Shown here in pieces: positions 29,396 to 38,012 of a stretch of 64,000 bases of DNA. How positions within the stretch are numbered: position 1 is the first letter of the stretch; every line of letters starts with the position of its first letter. Source of the DNA: Terriglobus sp. (GTDB lineage: Bacteria > Acidobacteriota > Terriglobia > Terriglobales > Acidobacteriaceae); the NCBI GenBank assembly GCA_965198455.1, contig CBDAPM010000003.1:862801-926800 (forward strand), in the 5' to 3' direction. A program made the translations under genes and the position numbers. The notes beneath the pieces are model-generated. The model searched no databases, was not told the origin of the DNA, and saw only the letters and a program-made list of their open reading frames with translations.

Positions 29396-29803
29396 CAAGT
29401 TCCATTGGCTGAGTATTTCCTAGCGCGTTACACGCAACGAAATCAACTCGCTTCGACGGGCCTTGCTGCCGATGCCGTCGTGGCTCTCCAAGACTATTCC
29501 TTCCCAGGCAACGTGCGAGAGTTGGAGCACCTGATCGAGCGGGCTGCCGTCAAAGCCGGGGGCCGGGCTATAACAGCCGACCTCATCCAAGAAGAGTTAG
29601 CGAGAGAAGAGTGCAGGGCCAGGCATCTTCGACGCTCAAGCAGCCGATGCGATGCCCTTCCATGATGCGGTCGCGCGTTGGGAACGTCATCTCATCGAGC
29701 AGGCGCTGAAGGCGTCTCGCGGCAACAAATCTAACGCCGCTCGGCGGCTGGGAATCCATCGAAGCTTCTCTACGAAAAGCTAACCCAGTTTGGCATGCTG
29801 TGA
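29396..29803 (+). pseudogene. 3' remnant of a sigma-54-dependent (NtrC/Fis-family) transcriptional activator
   Basis: PLAEYFLARY...LQDYSFPGNVRELEHLIERAAV (end of the AAA+ sigma-54 interaction domain). After frameshifts it continues FHDAVARWERHLIEQALKASRGNKSNAARRLGIHRS / KLLYEKLTQFGML (Fis-type HTH). There is no N-terminal part; the homology begins about 25 nt from the ArsB-like start. Confidence 0.65.
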
Positions 29804-30103
29804 CTCGAATGGGTGTGTGGATCATGCAGGAAGGAAAGGGTCATGCAGATCGGCTGGAGAGACACCCGTTGAAGCGGGATCAAGCAATTCGGTTGATGCA
29901 CTGGCTTTGCGGGAATGTCAAAGGCATGGCCAGCTGCGTTAGCCATCTCCAAGATGTCTGCCCGAAAGAAGGCTTGCTCCGCACCCGGCTGCTCATAGGA
30001 ACCAAGGGAGACGGTGCTGGTGATTCTTTGCCTGCGTACACAATGCTGTGCGGTCGCATATTGCTGCCGCGTTCTTCAACTAGTTTGCGGTATGTAACGG
30101 TAA

Positions 30104-30125
30104 TCGATTCCGTCTCTGGCCACCA
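30104..30125 (+). repeat. direct repeat copy 2 (tRNA-Phe 3'-end fragment; att-like)
   Basis: TCGATTCCGTCTCTGGCCACCA. No tRNA body lies upstream of it. Confidence 0.8.
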
Positions 30126-30396
30126 TATTCTAAGAACGTATAAGGCGACCAGATTCTCTCAGATCTGTCCAGGACACATACAAGGACACGTCCTGGAACT
30201 ACGTGGCACCTCGGTACTCCATCGTCAGCCTCGGCGTTCTATTTGCCGATACGGCATCCTCTTCCTCATCTCTTTCTGGCTTCGGCTCGAGCTTGCTCCA
30301 TATCTCGCGCGAGACGCTTCCGGTCTTCCCGATGCGCGGATTTGCGTTTGCAGATGGTGAACATGTTCACCTACCATGCGCGCACGGGAAGAGCCG

Positions 30397-31644
30397 TCAG
30401 ACACTGGCAGCTGCCGTCTCGTGTTTGGGCGTGGCGTACGCCGGCATGGCAAACGTGACCAGCGCTGCCACAAGGCTTAGGGCGACGAACAGCAACAGGC
30501 CGGGGTTGTAGCGGCCGGTCCGGTCAAAGCTCATGCCCAGCACCAACGGACCGATGCCGATCGACAAAGCAAACAGCCCAAAGGCGATGCCGTACAGGCG
30601 GCTGAAGGCTGCATTGCCGAAGTAGCGGCGCACAAGGAACGCGGTGAAATCCACCTCCGCGCCGAGCACCAGACCAAGCAGGAGAGCGGCAACAGCATCC
30701 GGCAGCTTGCCGTGCGCGTAGATGAGCAGCAGTAGCGATGTGACCACCGCAAGGCCGATCAGCGCGAGCAGACGTGCCGCGTTGAACCGGTCAAGTAACC
30801 AGCCGATGCCGCCGCGACCGGCGATAACCGCGAGACCGGCCAGCCCGGCAATCCGCGCCGCCTCCGTAGGATTGTTGCCGCGGTCCACCAGCATGGGCAC
30901 AAGGCTGGCAAAGGTACCGCCGGCGGCGATGGAGATCAACATCAGCACCGCGGACATCACCAGAAACGCGCGCGTCCACAGCAGGGGCGCGATAGCAACG
31001 CGATCGCGAACCCGGTTCGGCAGCGGAAACCGCGCAATGCGCGTAGCGACGGCAGCGGCAGGCACCGTCACAATCAGCGTAATAAGACCGATGGCCGCAT
31101 AGGCGCTTCGCCATCCGTAGTGGCCAACAAACCAGGTGGCAAGCGAGGGCAGCAGCGCGGCGCCAAGACCGATCCCCATCAGGGACAGCCCAAGTGCCAA
31201 ACCGAGCCGTCGCTCGAAGCTGCGCACCAGGACCGCCGCATAGCCGATGGGAGAAGCGCCGCCGCCGAAGCACGAAAACAGCGCATAGAGCAGGTAAAGG
31301 TGCCAAAGATGCGGGGTCAGCAGCGATAACGACGCAAAGGCGAGCGAGAGGCCGACAACCGAGGGCAGGATGACGCGGCGAGGACCGAAGCGGTCGATGA
31401 GCCAACCCCACAGCGGGGCAGTCAAAGCGACGGCGAACTCGCCTGTGACAAGGGCAATGGATACCTGCGTCCGGGTCCAGTGAAACTCCCCGGAGAGTGG
31501 GCGAACAAAGACGCCAAAGACATAAATGAGCAGGCTGCCGACGGAGAGCAGAAGGCAAATGCCGCAGCAGACCACCGTGAGCCAGTCGCGGTCCATGGGA
31601 GCAGCAATGTCCAGGGACGAGTTTCTTTCGTGTGCAGCAGGCAT
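30397..31644 (-). CDS. MFS transporter (12-TMS type)
   Basis: Polytopic MFS_1-like protein. Start set at ATG 31644 (AGGAG upstream) rather than the track start 31845. Divergent from a TetR gene. Confidence 0.85.
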   Translation of the reverse strand: MPAAHERNSSLDIAAPMDRDWLTVVCCGICLLLSVGSLLIYVFGVFVRPLSGEFHWTRTQVSIALVTGEFAVALTAPLWGWLIDRFGPRRVILPSVVGLSLAFASLSLLTPHLWHLYLLYALFSCFGGGASPIGYAAVLVRSFERRLGLALGLSLMGIGLGAALLPSLATWFVGHYGWRSAYAAIGLITLIVTVPAAAVATRIARFPLPNRVRDRVAIAPLLWTRAFLVMSAVLMLISIAAGGTFASLVPMLVDRGNNPTEAARIAGLAGLAVIAGRGGIGWLLDRFNAARLLALIGLAVVTSLLLLIYAHGKLPDAVAALLLGLVLGAEVDFTAFLVRRYFGNAAFSRLYGIAFGLFALSIGIGPLVLGMSFDRTGRYNPGLLLFVALSLVAALVTFAMPAYATPKHETAAASV

Positions 31645-31663
31645 CGCAGGCTCCTGGTGGAAT

Positions 31664-31773
31664 GTGAACGTGTTCGCAAAACGAGATTCGGTGAGAGGGC
31701 GCATGCTTGTCAAGCAACGGACGCTTCGGGTAGTGAAAGCCGGCACGCGTGTATGGCGCTTGTGAACTCGTTC
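31664..31773. promoter_or_regulatory. candidate TetR operator motifs GTGAAC-NN-GTTC (two copies) in the divergent intergenic region
   Basis: GTGAACGTGTTC at 31664-31675 and GTGAACTCGTTC at 31762-31773. A half-like GTGAACGATTTG lies at 31804-31815. Confidence 0.3.
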
Positions 31774-31889
31774 CCTATCTACTGTTGCGGTAGTACGCAC
31801 GCGGTGAACGATTTGCTGGAATTCACCCGGATTCTTCGAAGCCACAGTATCAGGAGGAAGGCTCTAAAATTCGTAGCTAAGGAGAACCT

Positions 31890-32675
31890 TTGACTACAGC
31901 AGGGCGCAAACCGGTCGTGAACGTGAAAAAAGAGGGAGTGCGCGAACAGTCCAAACTGGAGCGCCAGGACCGGATCATGATGGCCGCTCGAACCATGTTC
32001 GCGGAACATGGCTATGACGCAACGACGCTGCGGCAGGTTGCGCAACGGTCAGGTCTGGGGCTTGGAACGCTCTTCAACTACATCAGTGATAAGCGCGATT
32101 TGATCTACCTGGTCTTCAACAAGGAGGCAAGCGTTGCGTGCGACACTTCGCTGGCAGCACCCAGGCCATGGCAAAACTTTACGGAAAAGATTATGGGCAT
32201 GGTCGAGCCGAACTATCGGCTCTTCGGCAGCGAACCGGTCCTCTCGCGTATTTTGCTCAGTGAGGTTCTACAGCATACGCCGGGCCTTCACCTTGCAGAA
32301 CATCTCGCCATTCGTGACCGCTTCATCCGCGGCATGGAGGCGGTAGTTGCAGAGGCGCAGCTGTCCGGTGAGATCGGATCAACACAGGGGCCCAGGTTGA
32401 TCGCCCGTCATATCTTCTTTGCCTATTCGGCCGCCCTGCGCTGGTGGCTGGCATCGGTCGAACATCCAGAGTGGCGTTCTGGTTTACGCGACTTCGCGGA
32501 GATCCTGAAGCTGCTGACCACCGGGCTCAATCTGAGAACGGATTCCGAATTCACAAAGCCGGGCAGGGTTGTCACCGCCAACGTGCAGTTGAAAACGTCC
32601 AGTCGAGCCGTTGACGGAACTCGGGCTGTGATCCGGCCAAAGACAACGCCGGCACGCTCACTTGAAACCGCTTGA
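31890..32675 (+). CDS. TetR/AcrR-family transcriptional regulator
   Basis: N-terminal HTH (RIMMAARTMFAEHGYDATTLRQVAQRSGLGLGTLFNYISDKRDL). TTG start with AAGGAG 7 nt upstream. Confidence 0.85.
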   Translation: MTTAGRKPVVNVKKEGVREQSKLERQDRIMMAARTMFAEHGYDATTLRQVAQRSGLGLGTLFNYISDKRDLIYLVFNKEASVACDTSLAAPRPWQNFTEKIMGMVEPNYRLFGSEPVLSRILLSEVLQHTPGLHLAEHLAIRDRFIRGMEAVVAEAQLSGEIGSTQGPRLIARHIFFAYSAALRWWLASVEHPEWRSGLRDFAEILKLLTTGLNLRTDSEFTKPGRVVTANVQLKTSSRAVDGTRAVIRPKTTPARSLETA

Positions 32676-32793
32676 CAAGCGTATCCCCTTTCCATCAATT
32701 TTTCTGAACGCGTTCATTTTCCCTTCTGCTGGCCTGCATCCCAGCGTCTGCGGGACATTATTCGACGTCCCAAGGCAGGGAAAAGCAGGCGGT

Positions 32794-33306
32794 ATGATCG
32801 AGACGCAAGAAACAGAGGTACTCATTATCGGCGCCGGTCCGGTCGGGCTGGCGCTTGCCATTGAGCTGGGAACGCGTGGCTTGCGCTGCATGGTCATCGA
32901 GCAGAACGACCGCGTCGGCAAGAACCCGCGAGCGAAGACGACCAATGTCCGCACACGCGAGCATCTGCGCCGCTGGGGCATTGCCGAGAACCTGCGCCGC
33001 GCCTCCAGGCTGCCGCCCGATTACCCCTCCGACATCATCTTCGCCATGCGATTGAATGGGCCGCAGCTCACGAAAATTGAGAATGCATCGAACTGCAATC
33101 CTGACAGGAACGACCTCTACTCAGCAGCCCATGCCCTTAGCCTTCCCCTGAAACTGATTGCGCCCCAGGATGCTCGCCTAAATCGCCGATACATGGCGCA
33201 GATGGCTATCATCCGGCCAGACCAGCACGTGGCGTGGCGTGGCAATCAACTGCCGGAAGATGTGACAGGATTGCTGCGCCAGATCACGGGCAATCTCGCC
33301 GCCTGA
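32794..33306 (+). pseudogene. FAD-dependent aromatic-ring monooxygenase with large internal deletion
   Basis: N-terminus EVLIIGAGPVGLALAIELGTRGLRCMVIEQ...RTREHLRRWGI, joined to the family C-terminal end IIRPDQHVAWRG after ~130 aa. The central DG / GD-x-AH FAD motifs are absent. It is 170 aa, whereas as far as I recall this family is usually several hundred aa. Confidence 0.55.
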
Positions 33307-33405
33307 TAGGGCCGGCGATCCCCACGAGCGTCATCGTCGGGTGAGTGCACCAGTCCATCTAGGCCCCGTTTCGTTGCTTGATAAAATCTGTGGCTCCCGA
33401 ATCAC

Positions 33406-34875
33406 CTAAGGTGCAAGGTCTGTCCCGGTGGCTGCGCTAAGCGTGTGGATTGCCATCCACGTTTGCGAGTAGGCATTGAGGGCATCGCTTGTGGAGGAGC
33501 GTGCGTCACGCAGTGCGTCAAGATAATCGATCAGCGCGAGTCCACCATGGTCAAAGGCGTAGCGCGCGATGGAGAGCACGTCAGCGGATTCGTCAAGATA
33601 ATGATCGCCGAAGCGGGTCGAGAGAGCCTTCGCGTGAATGTAGGCGCTCCACGCCTGGTTCACATCAGAATGGATCTGGTTTCGTGTGGCCTGCACGGTA
33701 AGCCGGGCGGCGTCTGCCTGCAGGCGCGTCGTCTCTTTATTGCCTTGATTCTTGTCGAAAATACGAATGGGAATGTTGACGTTGAAGCCGCCGGAGTTCT
33801 CAGTGCCGGTCCTGTCGTATTCCACTTCGAGTGTGGGGTCAGCCTTGCCCTGTGAGATGGCGAGCTTCGCGGTGGCATCCGCCGCCGTCACGGCGAACTC
33901 CGCCGCTCGCAAGTCCGGACGCCGCTGCAGCGCTGTGGCCAGTACCTCTTCATGGGTCTGCGTCAGCGGCGGTGGAACGATCAGGCCGGTGATATCGAAA
34001 TCGGGTGAAGAGGCCTGCACGCCCATCAGCGTCTGCAACTGATCCGCTGCCTGCTCCACGGTAATCTCGGCATTCTGCTCATCGGCTTCAAACGAGCCAA
34101 GCTGCAGGTCAAGCCGCTCGAAGTCCAGCTTGCCGAGATCGCCGGCCTTGTAGCGCTCATTGCCGATCTCCACTTCATGACGGAAGTCTTTGAGCTGCGC
34201 CTGCGAAAGCTGTAGCGCTTCCTTAGCGATGAGCATGGTCGTGAAGGCCTGGCGGACGGACAACTCGGTCTGGCGGACCGTGTCCTGTAGCTGCGCCTCG
34301 GTCTGTGCGGTGGTTGCGCGCGCATTGTCCAGGCGGTATGCGCGCTTGTCGCCGCGCTCAAACAAACGCGAGACCTGCACGGCGTAGTTGTAAGGGTTGT
34401 TCTGATAGGCAGGTTCTGAGACGTCGGAGGCTGCCACGCCGAAATAAGGATTCGCACGCACGCCGGCCTGTAGCTCTTGCGCGCGGACGGCGCGGAGATT
34501 CTGTGCCGCCGCCAGCAGCGTTGGATTGTTCTGGCGTGCACGCTCAAGCACCTGTCGCAACGTGAGCGCGCCCGGCTTTGAAGCTGGAGGTACACGCGGG
34601 TCGCTTCCCGGTGAGGCGGCAGCCGCGTAGCCCGCAGGCCCCGAGCCGGGCTCCTGCGACGCACCGCTTTGCGTCGCTCCTCGTGTGCCGGTCGAACCGG
34701 CGCCGCTTTGTCCCGTTGGAGCGCCCGCCTGCGAAGCTGCGCCGACAGCACCACTACCGGAAGCGCCGGCGCCCGCGGCACTTCCTGCAGCACCCGCAGC
34801 CTGCGCATAGCTGGCTGGGATGGACGCCGTTAACAAAGCAAGTGATAGACAGAGACGCGGAATGAAATGGCTCAT
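33406..34875 (-). CDS. TolC/CzcC-like outer membrane efflux protein
   Basis: Signal peptide, ~80-aa Ala/Gly/Ser-rich linker, then OEP repeats. Last gene of the czc-like operon, with a 4-nt overlap with the RND gene. Confidence 0.85.
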   Translation of the reverse strand: MSHFIPRLCLSLALLTASIPASYAQAAGAAGSAAGAGASGSGAVGAASQAGAPTGQSGAGSTGTRGATQSGASQEPGSGPAGYAAAASPGSDPRVPPASKPGALTLRQVLERARQNNPTLLAAAQNLRAVRAQELQAGVRANPYFGVAASDVSEPAYQNNPYNYAVQVSRLFERGDKRAYRLDNARATTAQTEAQLQDTVRQTELSVRQAFTTMLIAKEALQLSQAQLKDFRHEVEIGNERYKAGDLGKLDFERLDLQLGSFEADEQNAEITVEQAADQLQTLMGVQASSPDFDITGLIVPPPLTQTHEEVLATALQRRPDLRAAEFAVTAADATAKLAISQGKADPTLEVEYDRTGTENSGGFNVNIPIRIFDKNQGNKETTRLQADAARLTVQATRNQIHSDVNQAWSAYIHAKALSTRFGDHYLDESADVLSIARYAFDHGGLALIDYLDALRDARSSTSDALNAYSQTWMAIHTLSAATGTDLAP

Positions 34876-37800
34876 GACGCAAACTCCTCGTCCTGGCTGG
34901 GCAGTATGTCGGCGCTGCTTGAGAGCCAGACATAGAGGGTGGGCAGCAGGAAAACGTTGATGATGAGCGCGCCCACCAGTCCGCCGACAATCACAATGGC
35001 GAATGGCCTCTGTGAATCCGAACCGATGCCATGCGAGAGTGCCGCCGGCAGCAGCCCCAGCGTTGCCACCAGCATCGTCATCAGGATGGGCCGAAGGCGT
35101 AGTACAGCGCCTTCAATGGCAGCCTTTTCCGGGTCGTCGCCGTTTGCACGGAGCTGGTTCATGTACTCCAGCATGATGATGCCCGTCTGCACCGACACAC
35201 CGAAGAGCGCAAGGAAACCGACACCGGACGAAACGGAAAAATGGGTGCCTGTGGCAAGCAAGGCCAGCAGGCCCCCGATTGGCGCCATGGCCACATTTGC
35301 AAGGATCAACGTGGCCCACTTTGCCGAACCGAACATCGTGTACAGGATGATGAAGATCAACAGGATGGTGATGGGCAGCACGATAAGCAGCCGGCGCGAG
35401 GAACGCTTCTGGCTCTCGTACTCACCTGCCCAGTCAATCTTGTAGCCGGCGGGCAGAGGCACCTGTTTCGATACGTTCGCAATGGCTTCTTCCACCGTCG
35501 ATCCAAGATCGCGGTCGCGCACCGAGTACTTGATGGCCACATAGCGCAGTCCGTTTTCACGGTAGATCTCTTCAGCACCATCGCTCGTTTGCAGCTTCGT
35601 CAGCTGCGCCAGCGATACGCGCTCGCCAGACGGTGCAACGATGCGAACGTCGTTGATGGCTTCGGGCGTGGAACGATACGGCCCTGCGTAGCGCGTCGTC
35701 ACGTCGTAGCGCGCTTCCCCATCCAGGACCTGCGTTGGGGCATTGCCGCCGACTGCCGTTTCAATCGCATCCTGTACATCGGCAACGTTGATGCCGAAGC
35801 GCGCAGCGGCGTCGCGATCCACCACGAAGTTCAGGTTCGGCTGACCGATCACCCGGAACAGCCCAAGATCCTGGATGCCGCGGATCGAACTCATAACGCC
35901 GACAATCGCGTCTGCCTTGGACTCGAGCGTCCTCAGGTCCGTACCGTACAGCTTCACTGCCAACTCGCCCTTTACGCCGCTCACAGCCTCTTCCACGTTG
36001 TCTGAAATGGGTTGCGAGAAGTTCCAGATGACGCCAGGCAGTTGACTGAGCTGCCGGTTCATGGCGTGGATCAGCTCGTCTTTGTTCTCGCGAAAGACAC
36101 CACGCCACTCGTCCTTCGGCTTCAGGTCGACGTAGTACTCGGTGTTGAAAAAGCCCGTCGTGTCCGTGCCGTCGTCGGGCCTGCCAATCTGGCTGACGAC
36201 CTGGTTCACCTCAGGAAACGACGACAGCATGATGCGAGCCTTGTTTGCGACAGCAAGGCTCTCCGTCGGACCTGTCGAAGGCGCCAGTGTGCCGCGCGCC
36301 CAAATGGCTCCCTCATCAAGATGCGGCAGAAACTCTGACCCCACGACACCGGTCGCGACGAGAACAATCGATGTGGTGAGCGCCGCAGCAGCAACGCCCA
36401 CCGTGACGTAGCGGTGTTCAATGGCCCACTGTGCCGCGACGCGGTAGCGTCCCGTCAGCCAGCGCAGCACGGGATTCTCCCACTCGGTGGTGCCGTTCCG
36501 GAACAAAAAGCTGGCTAACACGGGCGCAAGCAGCATGGAGAAGATGAGCGCGCCAAGCAGTGCGAAGGCTACGGTCCAACTCATCGGCTTGAAGAGCCGT
36601 CCCTCAACGGATTGCAGCGTGAAGATAGGCAGGTAGGCCGTGATGATGATGCCGATGGCGTAGAACACGGGCCGCTGTACTTCATGCGCGGCCATCCGTA
36701 TCTGTTCACTTACAGTAAGGTCCTGGCGCCTGTTATGACTCAGATGGCGAACGATGTTTTCCACCATCACAACGGCCCCATCCACCACCATGCCGAAGTC
36801 CAGCGCACCCAGCGACAGCAGGTTTGCCGGAATGTGCTGCAGGTCAAGGCAAATGGATGCGAAAAGCAGCGCGAACGGAATCGTAATGGCCACAATCAAC
36901 GCGCCACGCAGGTTTCCGAGAAACAGAAACAGAATGATGACGACCAGCACAATGCCTTCGGTAAGGTTGTGCAGCACGGTGTGCGTCGTCAGGTGCAACA
37001 GGTTGGAGCGGTCAAGGAACGGTACGATCTTCACGCCCTTGGGCAGCACACGCTCATTCAGCTCGTCCACCTTGGCATGTATGCCTTCAAGGGTCTCGTC
37101 GGAGTTGGCGCCCTTCTGCAACAGAGCAATGCCTTCCACCGCATCTGGGTCATCGATGAGTTTCCCATCGGCTGATCGAATCGTCCTGCCGATCTGGCCC
37201 AGGCGTATCTTTGGCCCCTGCACGACCGTTGCAATATCCCGCACACGCAGCGCGGTGCCGTTCTGCGCTTTAAGCGGCGTATTCCCGATGTCGTCTGTGT
37301 TGCGGAACAAACCCACCTCGCGCACGTTGATCTGCTGCGCGCCCTGCTCGATAAAGCTGCCGCCGGCATTGGTGTTGTTCGCCGCCAGAGCCTGCTTGAC
37401 CTGTGCAATGTTCAGCCCGTACGACACGAGCTTCACCGGATCGAGGATCACCTGGTACTCGCGTGTGGGACCGCCGAAGCTTGAAACATCGACCACGCCG
37501 GGCACTGTCCTCAGGTTCTTCTCAAGCGTCCAGTCCTCCAGGCTCTTCAGGGCCATCGTGTCGTAGGCGGGATTTTTGCTCTGTAGCGTGTACCAGTAGA
37601 TCTGCCCAACGGGGCTCCAGTCCGTGCCGATCTGCGGCTGCAGGTTGTTGGGCAGCGTGACCTGCGTCATGCGCTCGACAACCTTCTCACGATTCCAGTC
37701 GTTGATACTGTCATCGTCGAAGATCATCGTGACGCTCGACAGTCCTGCAAGCGATGTGGAGCGCAGGTGTGCCATGTGCGGAATGCCGGCAAAGCCAATC

Positions 37801-38012
37801 TCCAGCGGAACCGTAACCTGCTGCTCTACCTCCTCCGCTGCCCGCCCCGGCCATTGCGTGATCACGGTGACGTAGTTATTCGCGACGTCTGGGTATGCCT
37901 CGACAGGCAGGTTGTGGAACGAGATTGCGCCCCATCCAAACAGCAGCGCCGCAAAGACCAGGACAATGAACCGGTTGTCGAGCGCGAAGTCTACGAATTT
38001 CCGGATCATCAC
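34872..38012 (-). CDS. czcA: CusA/CzcA-family heavy-metal efflux RND transporter
   Basis: MIRKFVDFALDNRFIVLV...LPVEAYPDVANNYVTVITQWPGRAAEEVEQQVTVPLE is the characteristic HME-RND N-terminus. 1046 aa. Confidence 0.93.
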   Translation of the reverse strand: MMIRKFVDFALDNRFIVLVFAALLFGWGAISFHNLPVEAYPDVANNYVTVITQWPGRAAEEVEQQVTVPLEIGFAGIPHMAHLRSTSLAGLSSVTMIFDDDSINDWNREKVVERMTQVTLPNNLQPQIGTDWSPVGQIYWYTLQSKNPAYDTMALKSLEDWTLEKNLRTVPGVVDVSSFGGPTREYQVILDPVKLVSYGLNIAQVKQALAANNTNAGGSFIEQGAQQINVREVGLFRNTDDIGNTPLKAQNGTALRVRDIATVVQGPKIRLGQIGRTIRSADGKLIDDPDAVEGIALLQKGANSDETLEGIHAKVDELNERVLPKGVKIVPFLDRSNLLHLTTHTVLHNLTEGIVLVVIILFLFLGNLRGALIVAITIPFALLFASICLDLQHIPANLLSLGALDFGMVVDGAVVMVENIVRHLSHNRRQDLTVSEQIRMAAHEVQRPVFYAIGIIITAYLPIFTLQSVEGRLFKPMSWTVAFALLGALIFSMLLAPVLASFLFRNGTTEWENPVLRWLTGRYRVAAQWAIEHRYVTVGVAAAALTTSIVLVATGVVGSEFLPHLDEGAIWARGTLAPSTGPTESLAVANKARIMLSSFPEVNQVVSQIGRPDDGTDTTGFFNTEYYVDLKPKDEWRGVFRENKDELIHAMNRQLSQLPGVIWNFSQPISDNVEEAVSGVKGELAVKLYGTDLRTLESKADAIVGVMSSIRGIQDLGLFRVIGQPNLNFVVDRDAAARFGINVADVQDAIETAVGGNAPTQVLDGEARYDVTTRYAGPYRSTPEAINDVRIVAPSGERVSLAQLTKLQTSDGAEEIYRENGLRYVAIKYSVRDRDLGSTVEEAIANVSKQVPLPAGYKIDWAGEYESQKRSSRRLLIVLPITILLIFIILYTMFGSAKWATLILANVAMAPIGGLLALLATGTHFSVSSGVGFLALFGVSVQTGIIMLEYMNQLRANGDDPEKAAIEGAVLRLRPILMTMLVATLGLLPAALSHGIGSDSQRPFAIVIVGGLVGALIINVFLLPTLYVWLSSSADILPSQDEEFAS

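Noticed and set aside
29804-30396. 186-aa + ORF (29800..30360), plus stop-free minus-strand stretches (for example ...SLGSYEQPGAEQAFFRADILEMANAAGHAFDIPAKPVHQPN...)
   Set aside because: There is no credible start, no recognisable family, and multiple stops separate the fragments. It is probably debris of one or more decayed genes at the cassette edge. I could not support an integrase assignment, as no R..HxxR..Y pattern is present.
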